The notes beneath the pieces are model-generated. The model did no database searches and was not told the DNA's origin. It was given only the letters and a program-made list of their open reading frames with translations. Position numbers and translations under genes: made by a program. A DNA stretch of 60,760 bases, filler included, from Basidiobolus ranarum (taxonomy: Eukaryota): assembly GCA_040143965.1 (NCBI GenBank). It is 5 parts of 5 records of this genome, joined end to end, with 100 filler letters (N's around TTAATTAATTAA, not from the genome) between each part and the next. Parts side by side here need not be neighbours in the genome. Positions count along the whole stretch, not along the records: positions 36,564 to 48,617 come from JASJQH010007445.1; positions 48,718 to 60,760 come from JASJQH010007446.1; 3 more parts are not named here. One strand, given 5' to 3'. The number at the start of each line of letters is the position of its first letter. Position 1 is the stretch's first letter. Shown piece after piece: positions 38,405 to 51,906 of this stretch.

Positions 38405-41400
38405 TTGTTATACATTGATATCTTTTATGTACTATACCCACTTTTAATGATGTTTATCTTTTGTTTATTTTTTGATATATATTTTCTCTTTACTGCTATC
38501 CTATCGAATCTATTTATTTCACGAATATTGTATATACAAATAAATGTTCCTCATGGTTAAATTGGAATCAACAATAAGAATTGGGTTTAAAAGGATCCTG
38601 AGAGCAATCTACAACTGTGATACTAGTTGTCCGCTTGGTCCATACCAAAACCCGAGAGTGAAGGAAAGCCATGGGTGCACACACAAAGGGGGTTCATAGA
38701 TATATGCGTGGTATAGCTAGCAGGCGATGGTCTAAAATCGCAGATAGGTGCGACATAGAAGACACGTACCATTTTCCAAACAACCCAGCTCGACTCAGAA
38801 ATGGTATTCGTATGCGTGCCCCTTCTCGGAAGAACGTCAAGATGAATGGGAGTATATTATTGCACATGCAAGACCCGTATAGATGAAATTCAAGTCTTCT
38901 TAGTTCAATCTCAGTAAAACTGATTCCCGATCCTTAAACCCCGATATAAAGAATAGGGTAGTGGTGCTAGCTCAGAAGTAAAATCGCCTTATTCGTTTGG
39001 CTATGTAGTCCTGTTGATCGATAAATACATATATGGATACCATTTCCTGCTTATACTTGTTTGAATTCACACTTGGATTTAGCACTTGATTTCTATTAAT
39101 CTTCGTAAAGCTTGTAAGAAGTTCAACTACCATCTTAAGACTAAGCAAGGTTTTGATCATCCGATTACTGATATAGTTGGAGTCATTGCATCTACATCAA
39201 TAAATTAAGAAATTCTGATTCTCCGTGCATTCGCTTTTAAGATGAGAATTAGAGTTACTACATTGGATATTCACGTGACCAGCCGTTGCTCATTCACCAC
39301 CTGTTTAACCTGGAACTTCCACTTGGTTTCTCTGAATAATAGAGCACTGGCAAGCTAATGCTTGTTTGACTCCAATTACTTCCATTAATCTGCATAAATC
39401 TGGTCAAATACGCTGGAATCATTTAGAGTCTCATTACTTGCGGTTTTTTTCAGCCTCACCTGAAGGTGTCGACAGTTTCAGGAAAACGAATCAAACACCC
39501 CCCTGTAATGGCAATACAAATATTCAATAAGCAGTAGGCGAGTGTTAGTGTTTATATCTTACAATGCTAAGACCATTGGTTTAATAGTATCACACGGAGG
39601 CATTCTGAGACGACTCTTGCCTCCTGTGACAAGTTGAAGAACACTCGTATGAAACCGATTAGAAGCTATCTTCCTTTGATATTCTATTTACATTATCATG
39701 GAAACACTCTGTTCTTAGCAACCATATGCATGTTCAGATTCGATAATTTGATTACATTCTAGAAGATCATACATAAACAACACGTTGATACGTATCTGAC
39801 ATAAATGCTACCAATACTATATACACACCATAAGCTCAGGCAGTACGATATATGTAGCAATGATGTGATGATCCCGTACATGGTGTAACACTTCAAGTTT
39901 AATTAAGATTTATTATTAGATCGCTTGAAGCGTCACATTCGAGAATCCTATCTCACTTAATCCAGAACTTGGATAGTATGTTGCAAATCGATTGAACTAG
40001 ATGAAATCATAAGGAGCATCAGATCCTAGTAACTTGCTTTTCCAAACCAAAGTACATCTTCTATAAATCGGTGAATCTATTTTGACACATTGAACATGAG
40101 ATCATTTGCGTTCCAAATTGCTAGGCAAATATTTTCACTTAAACGGCATGTGCTAATTGAATTCTTCATTCAATTTTAAACTTCCCTTTACAGAATGTTG
40201 TTGTCAAAGTGAAAAATTCTCACTAATCCGTCACAACTAAATGAGCCATTGTGCAATCAAAGGAAATGACTTTTTCCCATGTCTGTTTCGACTACATGAA
40301 GTAGAGTGCGCCACGATAATGAGAAAATAGCACCTAATATTCTTTTTCTGACGCGAAATATGCTGTTTCTCCGTAAGAAAAAAATTGGCTTCTATTGTAG
40401 CCAATTTCCGCCTGGAAGATCGACATATGATGACCCTTTTTTAATCCTACCAAGGCGGAAATATATTCTCACCGCCAAGGGTAATCCACGGGCGTAGAAT
40501 AATGAACTTCTATATTGTCCCTGGTTACTTGATACAGGCGGATGGTGAACAGGGCGTGGACAAGGCGATGAGGTCAGTGGTCAGTATAACATTACTTAAC
40601 CCGTTGAGCGGGATATGGAGAAGTTGTATGCAATACAAGTGCAACTACAACAACTCAGGTACCTCATTGACGCGCATTGGTGACCTACGTGTGAGTAATA
40701 CAAAGGGCTACTTAGTACCGGTATGCAGTAATAAAATCCATCAGTGGAAAACATGGTTCGTCATTTCTGACAATTAAGATGGTAACTAATAGATTGATGT
40801 TTGTGTAAATATTTGAAGTCCTCGTGTGACTTGAATTGTCAATGGTCTGATATTCCCATGGCGGAAACCTAAGCTGGCAATACCATTCACAGGATATGCA
40901 CAGCTTGAATGCTTTGAGGATAAATGTTTCGGACTTCTAACTAACTATCTTCTTTATCTATTAAGTAAAATCGAGCACGGGTTTTACTTAAAAACTGTAG
41001 CTACTATGCAGTGACGACGTGAGTGTGCATAAGAATTTCCATATGGCGATCGTACGTGTACATTGTGGTGACATTTATCATAGAGCTGGACGCAGAAACC
41101 AAGTCAGAATCCCTCCATTCCGTTACTCTTTTAGTATGATTTTGAAATTTTAGTATAGGCATCTAATATCTGCAAGTAGGAGCAACACTCTTACAGATAA
41201 CTCCCAATTGAACTGGTTGAGTCCACGCCATCATTCTATCAGTACGTTACTGCAATGTGTAAATGTGCTATATTATGAACTTTGAGAATCCCTCAAAAAA
41301 GAATATATAAGACTGATGATTGTTGGTATCACATAATTTACAGTTCTCTAATTGGTAACATGTAATGCTAAAGTCTATGCAACTATAACACTATGCAGCA

Positions 41401-42490
41401 AATTGCAGCAGTATTCTACTTTGGGCAGCTAGCGGTTAGTTGCTCTTCGATTAGTTACATTTCCCATATTTAGTATCTGTATAATACAATATTCTGCAGC
41501 GCTGGGGTTTGATAGCCAACAAAATAACACATTATAATCAGGCAGCTTTTCAAAGTGACTCTTGAATCTATACCACTATCTAAATGGGTGAGAAGTTGGC
41601 AACGCACATTAATCACTATCTCTAGCCCCCCAAACCTGATATAGTGCAGCTCAATATCCTTTCTGTAAGCAGAAATTCTGTGCCTGTTCATCAGAAGTAT
41701 CGGAACTCGATTGAAGTTTAGAAAAACATGAAGAAATATGTTCCGTGTGCGGAATGTTGTGTCAACCGATGATTGCTCATACAGGGCACGTGCATAGTCT
41801 TCGAATAACAAAATGTATTGCACACCAGAGATGCGGTGTGTATAAGTCATTTCCTCATTACTTAGTCTAACATCTCATGATCATATCCATAGTACACAGG
41901 TCTGGTTTCCTGTTGTTCAACAGTATGCAAAATTGACAACCATTAAATTTGCAAAATAACATTAGTGTATTCTTTATTCTTGGCCACTATTTTACTAACT
42001 TGGTTCAGTTACTAATTGTGTGGACAAATTTGTACTATTAATTATCTTTTTTTTTACTAACCAAGCTGTCATAGTACTCAGTCACCTATCATTGAGTTCT
42101 AAGCACCTGAGTGATATATAGAATATTCGAGATACTACTGAAAATGCTATAAGCCTTGTTGGTTGGTAAAATATAAAAATATGGGAGTATTTCTGTGTTA
42201 ATCTTAAGTCAATAGTAAGTCTACTTTGGTCAGGGCATTTTGTTTGATCTTTTGCTACATAGTTTGTGTTTTGTGGCAGAAGGACAGTACTTGTCACTAT
42301 GATGAAGATTAGAATATTTTATAGTGTACACTACGTAGGGAAGGTTAAAATACCGATCAATAGACTTAGCGATGGGTGAACGATTATTGATAAAAAGGAA
42401 AGCTTCCTAGGGAATCTATGCCAGAAGGGTTCCTCTGTCCTTCTTAGATTTTCACTTTATAATATATACCCTATCTTTAGACTAGTATCT

Positions 42491-43960
42491 ATGAAGAGGA
42501 TGGAGATAAAGAATTTCTCTCCAGTTCGATTTCTACGTTATGGATGGCGTTTCATTCGAAAGATCAATATCACTATTTGGATCCTCTTGGCTCTGTTACT
42601 TGGTATTCTTTGCGGCTATCTAGCTCCGAGTTTCTCATCCCACTTGGGTCCGATTTCCAATGTTTTCATTTACATGGTAAAGTGTCTTGTTGTTCCACTG
42701 ATTTTTTCTACCTTGACTGTGGGCATCGCAGGTCACGGTGCCGACCTCAAAACAATAGGTGTTATGGCTGTTAAAGCATTAGTTTACTTCGAGATTGCTA
42801 CGACAATAGCGCTGATCGTGGGTCTGGTGGCGGTAAACATAGCAAAGCCGGGTGATGGGATAGATTTGAAGTCCATTAACAAGAATAGTACCACCGGTAT
42901 CCCGGCCGAGAGTATCACTTGGGAGAAGGAATTGTACAACATTGTACCGGAGAGTTTCTTTAAAGCAGCAGCCGAAAATTCCATTCTACAGATAGTCTTT
43001 TGTTCCATCATGTTTGCACTTGGTATGTTAAAAGTGAATAACGAACGCTATACCAAGCCTGTACTTTTATTTCTAGAAGGTATATCCCATATCATGTTCA
43101 AAGTTACTTTTTTGGTGATGAACTTTGCACCAATTGGTGTGTTTGCTTCTATGGCAGTCACGATAAGTCAATCGGGGTTAGGAATCCTTTGGAATTTGGG
43201 AAAACTCATCGCAACATTATATGTAGCATTATTGGTATTTATGTTGATCACTTTTCTTCCATTACTCTTATTACTTCGCGTACCTATTCAGGAGTTTCTT
43301 AGGGCCATAGCTCGGCCAACTTTGATCACATTCAGCACCTCAAGCTCCGAAGCTGCTTTACCTTTAGCTATGGAGACGATGGAAAAATTCGGCGTACCCA
43401 AAGAGATAGTTGCCTTTGTTATACCAACTGGGTATTCCTTCAATCTAGATGGATCGACTTTGTATCTTTCAGTAGCTAGTATATTTGTGGCTCAAGCGGC
43501 AAATCGAGAATTAACCATCGGTGATCAATTAGTTATGATGCTTACCCTGATGCTTACTTCAAAAGGAGTGGCTGCCGTGCCTCGTGGTTCATTAGTGGTT
43601 CTAGCCGCGGCTTTGGCTAGTTTTAACCTTCCAGCAGAAGCGATTTCGGTACTTTTAGGTGTGGACCAACTAATGAATATGGCTCGAGCTAGCGTCAATA
43701 TCATAGGGAATTGCTTATCCTGCGTAGTAGTTGCGAAATGGGAAGGAAAATTCCGTCAAGATGAAACCACTTCTGTAGTAACTACCACCATCTACAAAGA
43801 CAACGTTGACGAAGAGACGAACGGAGAAACCATTCATGACATAGAAAGAAACTCGTATAAACTTGATGATCATCATCTTCCCATCAACACCTCCAACCCT
43901 CACGGTCAGCATTCTAATCATACTGATAGGAACCCCAAGGATCATATAATCTCCATTTAA
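42491..43960 (+). CDS. Dicarboxylate/amino acid:cation symporter (DAACS, GltP/DctA-like), intronless
   Basis: 489 aa multi-TM protein with FSTSSSEAALP, FVIPTGYSFNLDGSTLY, LMLTSKGVAAVPR and LGVDQLMNMARASVNIIGN. Confidence 0.95.
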   Translation: MKRMEIKNFSPVRFLRYGWRFIRKINITIWILLALLLGILCGYLAPSFSSHLGPISNVFIYMVKCLVVPLIFSTLTVGIAGHGADLKTIGVMAVKALVYFEIATTIALIVGLVAVNIAKPGDGIDLKSINKNSTTGIPAESITWEKELYNIVPESFFKAAAENSILQIVFCSIMFALGMLKVNNERYTKPVLLFLEGISHIMFKVTFLVMNFAPIGVFASMAVTISQSGLGILWNLGKLIATLYVALLVFMLITFLPLLLLLRVPIQEFLRAIARPTLITFSTSSSEAALPLAMETMEKFGVPKEIVAFVIPTGYSFNLDGSTLYLSVASIFVAQAANRELTIGDQLVMMLTLMLTSKGVAAVPRGSLVVLAAALASFNLPAEAISVLLGVDQLMNMARASVNIIGNCLSCVVVAKWEGKFRQDETTSVVTTTIYKDNVDEETNGETIHDIERNSYKLDDHHLPINTSNPHGQHSNHTDRNPKDHIISI

Positions 43961-46900
43961 GAAACAGTTGAGTTCTTTCCTCAAGTCAATGATGAACCAA
44001 TTTTGCCGATTAGAATTCTTTCATAATAAATAATCATCACAAATATTAATCTATACAGATGGCTTCATTAAAGAATGGTACAGCGGTGGGGAAGGGTTAT
44101 CATGGTTATGACACGAGGTTCACCTGAGTGAGTATGACGTGAAGTGACTCAATGTTCATGGTATTCAATCACACGGAAATAAAATCCATTATTTATTGCA
44201 CGAAGGCTTCCTATTGCTGAGAAGAACATGACAAAAGTTAGATCAATGTCCATTTGTTTCTTCAAGGTTCCTTACGCAACATGTAAACAGTTACGTATCA
44301 CGAACGAAGATAAGTAAACATTAATAGATTGCTGCAGATTGAAAAAATGGAATAAACTATACAACATTGAAGTATTGTGTGATAGTGATACAAAGGTAGG
44401 GGGAACTTCACCTGAAAAATGGGTAATCAAAATTATACAGATTAAATGGTGGAATCGAGGGCAATGAACAGAATGAACAAGAGAAAAAGAATCATCAATA
44501 GAAGCTTAGGGTTACAAAGGCAGTTAGTGAGTATACGCAATGTAGCTATGATACAAAGGTATGTGTTATAAATAGAGCGTTACTATTACAATTATTACAT
44601 TTAGGTTGCTTAACCCGCTTAAATTCAAGCTAGCAAGCACAGGAGACAGGAGAATGTGCAGTCACCGGGGAGTTATGTTGAGATAGGTTTCCGCAGTGGT
44701 TAGACATTCTGGCCGTATCAATTATGAGTTGAGGCCGAAACCGTCGCATACGAACCCACTCTCTTGGCGCAGGAACTTCGGTACCCCCAGTTTCTTTAGT
44801 TTGTACTGAACTAGGGCTGAACAGTGGAAAATAATTTATCAATATGTAACCCATGTTGTAGTACTTTCACGTAGGGGACTCTAAGCTTAGTTAGGGTTTT
44901 AGAAGATTAAAATATTGAACAACTTGGCTTCTCTTGCGTTGTTTTCAATTGCAATCAAAGGAAGGTTGAAATAGATAGACAAGTTAGAAGAATTATTAAT
45001 AGGTAGTAGTAGATCAACCGATCGCAGAACTTGATATGAAAATTGTGGTAAAGGCAATTAGGAAAGGTTAAGTTCAGAATACCAAGGTGTAGGGATCTCA
45101 ACAGTGGAAGAGAATTCGGTCCCATTATATAAGCCATTAGAAAACTCCTGGATCGACTTTCATTCCAATGGCTCCAATCAAATCGCCGTGAAAAAAACCT
45201 TTGTTTTAACACTGGTCCTATTTAGGGCAATTTCATTTACCTTGACTGCATCGGAATTTCCTTAACTAGGCAAAAGAATGGTACCTCCCAATATCATTGG
45301 CTCTTCCAGAGGTAACAAGTGTATTAGGCTGAGCTTTTGTAACCCCAAATATCGGGAGAAATCATCAAAATTCCACACCGCCCCAACCAGCAAAAACTAG
45401 TTAAGAGTAACTGGCCGATCTCTGACTTCAACCACCCTTATTATTTGTAGCAGTACAAGGCCACTGGGGAGCGGACCAGCCATTGCTTCTCCGTAGTGGG
45501 ACCATGCCAAGAAGAAAATGTGGCTATAGGTCTCATAAGTGGTTTCACGTGTAAATGAATTCAGGATACGACGGGTGTCGTATTGCATATTAATATACTG
45601 AAGATCGTAAAGCAAGTAAAAATGACTTCCGTACGACTCTGACCAGATTTTTATGTACCTTATGCACCGGCACTTATTCTCATTGTTCTTCGTTATATTG
45701 TACAAGTTCATCGGTTTGTATATATGGACCGATTCGCCCAGTTATTTACTCCAAAGGTTGTGACATGTGAATCGAAGCCTAGTGATTGCTCTGTAGATAT
45801 TGTACTTCAGCATCATCGTATAGTCGCTTTGCAGGATCCCCAAAGATCAAGTTTCTTTGTAGATTAAACCCATGGCATAAGCAAACTCTTGCTGTTAATT
45901 AGCGCATCCACCAAATATACATTAGCTCTAGCAAATATTGCTGCAACATTAGAAACCGCTAGAACTCTTTTCCTACAAATAAAACTGCTTCTGAGCTTTC
46001 ACGTGTGGCTTACTGTAACGAAGATTCAAACAGAAGGTTATGTCTCTGAACAGGGTTGGTGAGCTTGAGAGAGAATGAAGTATAAAAACTGGATTTATCT
46101 GAACCAAACGGTCATCTTCATGTCAGATGGTCGTTTGCTAGGAGACTGGTCTTGACGGGAAAGAAGGAGAACCCATCATTTCGAAATTAGTTTTAGGAAG
46201 GTGCACTCTGAGCTCCAACCAAAAGCCAGTCGTGCGTTATGTATTTGATTGGGACAAAGTGACACATTAGTCACTTGGATAACTTCAATTTCAAATCAAC
46301 CTGTATAATTTTGGCGTTGAACCATCATCCGTGGATACCGGTGATACCGCAGAGCCTCGACCATTGATCTTGTAAGAATAGGCCACTTGATCCTATGCTT
46401 ATTGTCCTGCAGATGTGAAGTATAATAGCAGAAGTATATTACCGATCCGCATTCATCAGAAATATCGATATTATTATAACATGCTATTGATTTCGAATTC
46501 TGCTACACAATACTTGCAAATAATTCTTTACACCTATCAGTAATGAATTGATTGTGTCAGTCTTTATTTTACTTTCTCTTTTTAATAGCTTGGATTTATG
46601 CTGGTTATGTCTTTGCGTCACTTCTTGGAATACCGAAAATCCTCTTGTCCTATCCCTGTCCTTATACACCTAACTATTTCATACATCATATCTAAGGTAG
46701 TTAACATTGTTCAGTTAAATATCACTTAGCTGTAAATCAGAATATATATTAAGTATATATGTGAATTATCCAAGAATTGGCAATGTTGAACTTGGAATTA
46801 TAAAGTCGTCTAAATTGACCTCGGGATAGCTCACTTTACCACAACCCCATTGATTGTTTTCTGTATTTCCATCGCCACCGATAAGTATAAAGAATTCATT

Positions 46901-48617
46901 TTTGGTCAATTAGTCAACATCTATCAAACTCGTAACATTTCTCAAAAACTCGTCCCAAACACCTCAAATTCCGCCAAGACTCAATAACCACTCAATTATG
47001 CTGCAATCCCTCACAAGTCAAGTTTCTAATAGATGACCAAAGGGAAATTGATATGTGTATGAAATCACCCTAATTAGAATTCCTAAAGCTTGGACTTCCT
47101 CATTTTTCCTGCCACATGCAGCTAGCTTTCAGAAGGTATTCTTCTAGATTTTAATGATATTCAAACTTCAACTGGCTTTTCAGTTGGTTTCCATACTCAC
47201 ATTTTCTACAGGATACAAGAAAACCTACCACTAGTGAGAATAAAACCACAAAAGCCAGATTGATCTCTGATGTGGTTAAATAATTCTGTAGCAAATCATT
47301 ATAGTGTGTCTGGTGTGCTTCAGGTAAACACAACACAAGAAAAATTTCACTGAGATCAAAGAATTCGGGTTACCGGACAATATTTGACATATACACCCGT
47401 AAGATAATCTAATGGTGGAAACATGGCTTTAAAATCCCTTGTCTGTGATAAGTGTATTTCCATTTGAACAATTTTCGAACCATGAGGTTCAAATGAAGCG
47501 CATTAATATTTTTTCGATAAAGTGCAGCGTAGATTTTGTAAACTCGTTAAGTAAGAACATCTCCAGCGGAACAGGCTGCTATTAGTGACCCAGACGCCAC
47601 ATCTACTTCAGCCAACCTCCACCAAACCAATACTACTTCAGTGTCAGTTCCAGAATCTCTAAAATATAACTAATTTTAGATACCCAGTCTCCGCTTACTT
47701 AGCTAACTTTTACTGGGAAATAACACATAATTTGCCCCAATATAAAAAACCTAACAGAGGTGCAGAACTTCCAGGATAAATACTGCCATCGATAGTTAAA
47801 CCTGGGTTTACTTGCATATAAAAATTAAAATTCCCAGCAATCAGTTGTTACCGAAAGCACCAGCTTGTTTAATTCAGGAATTTGGCACATATTTATATTT
47901 ATCGTATGCCCCGCTTCTTGCTTGTTTTTAAACACTATTCCAATAGAATCCATTGGAATAAGCCACAATATCTCCTGTACTAACAAGCAGACAATATTTA
48001 CAGCAATCCACTTACCGCTATAGCAGCAGGTAGCCTTCGCCACATACAATATATACCTTCCAGAATCGTATTTTCCAGTTCGCTGATCTTAAGCCATCGT
48101 AGTCTGATTTAGTACAATTGACGTTTCCCATGGAAGTGGTATATATCTAGAATAATCCAACAGTCAAAACCTGATCTCTCAGTAGCTATCAAAAAACAAT
48201 CTCAAGAAAGTCAAAGGATTTGCAAAGTAACAGTCGGGTTTTTTTTCTAAAAGCGACTGCTGCTCACTTGCCAACTGAGTATCAAAGTGCACCGGTTTGA
48301 ATTAGAAACGCCAATGAGGATTGTTTGTCCCGGAGCCGAAGTTGATGCTTTCAGGTTCTAACTAGATAGCTGCAATACATGAAATACCGGATATTCTGGT
48401 GTGTAGAGTAAAACATGACTGCCCTGATGTCCATTCACAATAGAGAATCGCTATGCCGTCATCATGGGGTTTGCAAATATATACGATAAGCACCTATCTC
48501 CTTAGAGCCGTGGCGAAATTGACCTATTTCGGAAAAAATGGGCAAATAAAATTAGAATATAATAAGGTAGACCCAAAACATACGGAAATGCTCACGGATC
48601 CATTTTTTGCGTAAAGA

Positions 48618-48717
48618 NNNNNNNNNNNNNNNNNNNNNNNNNNNNNNNNNNNNNNNNNNNNTTAATTAATTAANNNNNNNNNNNNNNNNNNNNNNNNNNN
48701 NNNNNNNNNNNNNNNNN
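48618..48717. other. Artificial contig linker
   Basis: N44-TTAATTAATTAA-N44. Confidence 0.98.
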
Positions 48718-50233
48718 ATATATCCTGAGTTAAAAGGGTTTGGCTAGTGGACTAACTGTCCACATGAGTGTCGTATAACCATCAACGTAGATAGAGCAAA
48801 AAGACTGGGGAGTTAGACCTATGGGCCGTTGACTCACTGGGGAGAAATGATTGCCTGCGCTATTGATTTGTTTAAGGTGGGCCATTTTAGTGAGTGATGG
48901 GAAGTTACCATATATGTACTCGGTTAAACTTTCACATTAAGTATACTCCGAGAGCTGTAGAACATTCCATTGGGGCACTCGCGACCCATGCTCTACTGGG
49001 CCTAGGAACCTTACATCGATCCAGTCTATATAGGGGGTTAATTTGAGCGTACCAGGTTATACTAGACTGATCCAACACAACGTGGTATACTCGATTAAGT
49101 TTAGGCAAAGTTTAACCCACCACGGCTGTCACGGTACATTGACTCAGGAACAATGAAGATGGTAGTTTGATATGCTCGTAGATGTCACTTGATTTAAGTA
49201 TGAGGTGGGTGTACAGGGATTGGAAATACAAAGTTTGTAGAATGAACATGAACGAAACCAGGTCTTTTCTTGGACAAGCAACATTGGTCTGTTTAGACAG
49301 TGGCAGTATACTTGTTACTGACTAGCCACCGTCACACTGTCCAGTGGACAGACGAGTACGAAGTTACACACATGAATTTGTATGAGGCATCATGAAATGG
49401 GTTATGAGTTATACACCAGGGCTTCAACATGGTCTCAAGCATATCTCCAGATTTTGGGATTAGGAATTTGGCACAAATGTCAACCTCAATTTCATGCTGC
49501 TTTATGTACATGCCAGATTTACTATATTCACACTGTTGCATATGAAAGATTCTTACAAAAGTATAAATATGGTGATGGTTTCAATGCTGGGCTTGATCCA
49601 AACTTGGTGATTATTAGCTGTGGGCTCCTCTTGCAGAAAAAATATATAGATGCTTTGCATAAGGTCCATAACAGCAAGTGCAGTGCTAGCTACAGACACT
49701 TTTTTGTTTTCCAACAACGTGTTTCTATACTAATGTGAACAATATAAGGCGGTTGTTTTGATTCTAAATACAAAAGAATTAAGGATCCGATCTATGAGGT
49801 GATCATCTAGCCCATAGCAAAGGACTAGACTACATTCCATGCAGGTTGGCTGGCGAAACGAATTCCTTATTCAATAAATCAGAATAAGAGCTATTGAAAA
49901 TTATATACCTGCCACTACAAGTGTAATAAAATTCAGAAATCGTCGTTTGGTGGCACTGATGTAACCAGTGAGTCATTTTATAATAGCATTTTCTTGGGTT
50001 TCATCAATTTGTGCTATCGTCAGCATCTACTACTGCCTAACAGCAAATAGATGCTGTTGATCATCTATCACAACGAGATAAAAAAATGATTTCTCCCTAT
50101 ATAAGACCCCGATACTGCTGCACATACGTTGTGGTTCTTCCAGCTCATCTCTTGGAATATAGCTCACTGGTACTGTTTATTCTGATAATTATTGTAACGT
50201 TTTTGCTTTTTCTTTTAGTTCGTGTGTGAAAAA

Positions 50234-51762
50234 ATGGGTACACTACAAGTTGCTGCTTATACGACAAGCATAGTTGTTTGCGTTGGTTTTGCCTTGTTTG
50301 CTTTGATTTGGAGTCGCAAGTTAAAGGAAAAGAATAAGGACGCTGACTTCTTCCTGACCGCTAGAAATTCTCAACCAACTGCAAAAATTATGTGGAGTTT
50401 TTATGCTGCTGCTGTTGGTGCATGGTAAGATCCGGTTTCTTGAGTAATACTCCATAGTTGTTTTATAGCTTGATTTCCTACAGGACTCTATTTGGCCCGC
50501 CTAGCTACGCATTATATGCTGGAATTCTAGGAATAACATTTTACGCTATCTCATGTGGAATTCCCATATTTCTCGTTGCATTCTTTGGTGGTAAAATCCA
50601 AGAACGTTTTCCCAGAGTTCAATCAATGGGTGACTTTGTTCGTTTGCGTTTCTGCCCTACACTTCAGGCTTTAGTCACCCTGATTATGCTGTTTAACATG
50701 AGTATTGGTCTGGCTGCGGAATACACATCAATTGGAGATCTCTTTGAGACAGTGATTGGAAGCAACCGTATACCTATCGTTCTGGTCATTGGCATATCCA
50801 CAATGCTGTACACGGCGTCAGGTGGTCTGTCAGTCTCCATCATTACCGATCAGGCCCAAGCCATTTTCAGTCTACTGTTTGTAGTGATCATGGCGATATA
50901 TATCGCAGTCACTTTCCGCGTTCCACTGTCATCGGAACTTCCTCCGGAAATTGCTCCAAATTACTATGGCTATTCTTCAATAATAGTTATGCCAATTTCG
51001 TTATCCTGCGCATCCTTTTATAACGAAGGATTTTGGCAACGTGTTTGGGCTTCCGCTGATGATCGTTCACTTAGAACTGGAGCTCTCTTGGCTATGGGAA
51101 TGGTAACAGTTGTTATTTTTTTCCTTGGATTTTGTGGATTTTTAGCTGCTTGGGCGGGATTAAATATCTCTAACCCTAACACAGTACTCTTCACCCTTCT
51201 TGGAGCCGGAGGTGAAGCACCTATTTGGATTACGGTGTTAGTAACAGTTTTAGCTGCTACTATGAACCAGTCCGCTGTTGATAGTTTACAAAATGCACTC
51301 GTGGATAGCGTTTCTTCGGTACTATTGAAGGGAAAATCTGTGTGGTGGTCGCGTCTTGTTGTTGTCATTGTCAACATACCACTGATAATCATCTCTTTAC
51401 AAGGATATCCAGTGATGAATCTGTTCTTACTATCGAATATGGTTGCGTCGTGTTGTACCTGACCCATTCTACTTGGTCTCTCTCGTCGCCTACAACCTTA
51501 TGTGACTAGCGGTGCTGTCGTATCTGGGTGGATCATATCTTTCCTTTCGGTTCTTGTATATGGAGCAATCCATCAGGGAAATGTTGGTGATGGCCTTCAT
51601 TTTACTTTCTTTGGTGAGTATGATTGGCCACCGTTTTTATTAGCGATTGTATTTTCAGTTATTGGCGTATTTCTGTATGGAATCCCAGCCCGTTACATTC
51701 GTGGTCCCGGACGTAACGTATTCGATCACGAAGTAGATGTTCCAGTATTGAACAAAAAGTAG
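50234..51762 (+). CDS. Sodium:solute-symporter-family (Dur31/NCU01977-like) transporter, putative thiamine or thiamine-precursor transporter; contains an in-frame TGA at 51460-51462
   Basis: Exon 1 50234-50424, intron 50425-50483, exon 2 50484-51762. Motifs FFLTARNSQ, YTASGGLSVSIITDQAQ, FWQRVWAS and SAVDSLQNA. 389 aa to the TGA, 489 aa if read through (...ASCCT*PILLGL...). Substrate inferred from the adjacent TPP aptamer. Confidence 0.85.
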
Positions 51763-51906
51763 AGCCTTTTCGGACCATGAAATCCTCAGATTACATTTTC
51801 TTGGTTGAAATTGAGAATTTGAGGATTTTGCAGATAATTTTTATTTCTTTTTCCAATTTCATTTTCGTCATTTGCCTTGTTATTCAAGATGTATCGAATA
51901 CAGACT

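Noticed and set aside
49382-49738. 118-aa ORF faintly resembling a KDZ transposase fragment
   Set aside because: Only a vague FH...CQ motif. CpG-poor decayed sequence, not supportable by eye.
51018-51467. 149-aa minus-strand ORF
   Set aside because: Antisense shadow of the transporter CDS.
51455-51509. Intron GTACCT...TAG that would remove the in-frame TGA
   Set aside because: It is 55 nt, shifts the frame, has a weak donor and would delete the transmembrane-like PILLGL segment.
51777-51828. Canonical SECIS element
   Set aside because: No properly registered 3' GA for the tandem G-A core and no apical AA at the expected position. Kept only as a generic hairpin.
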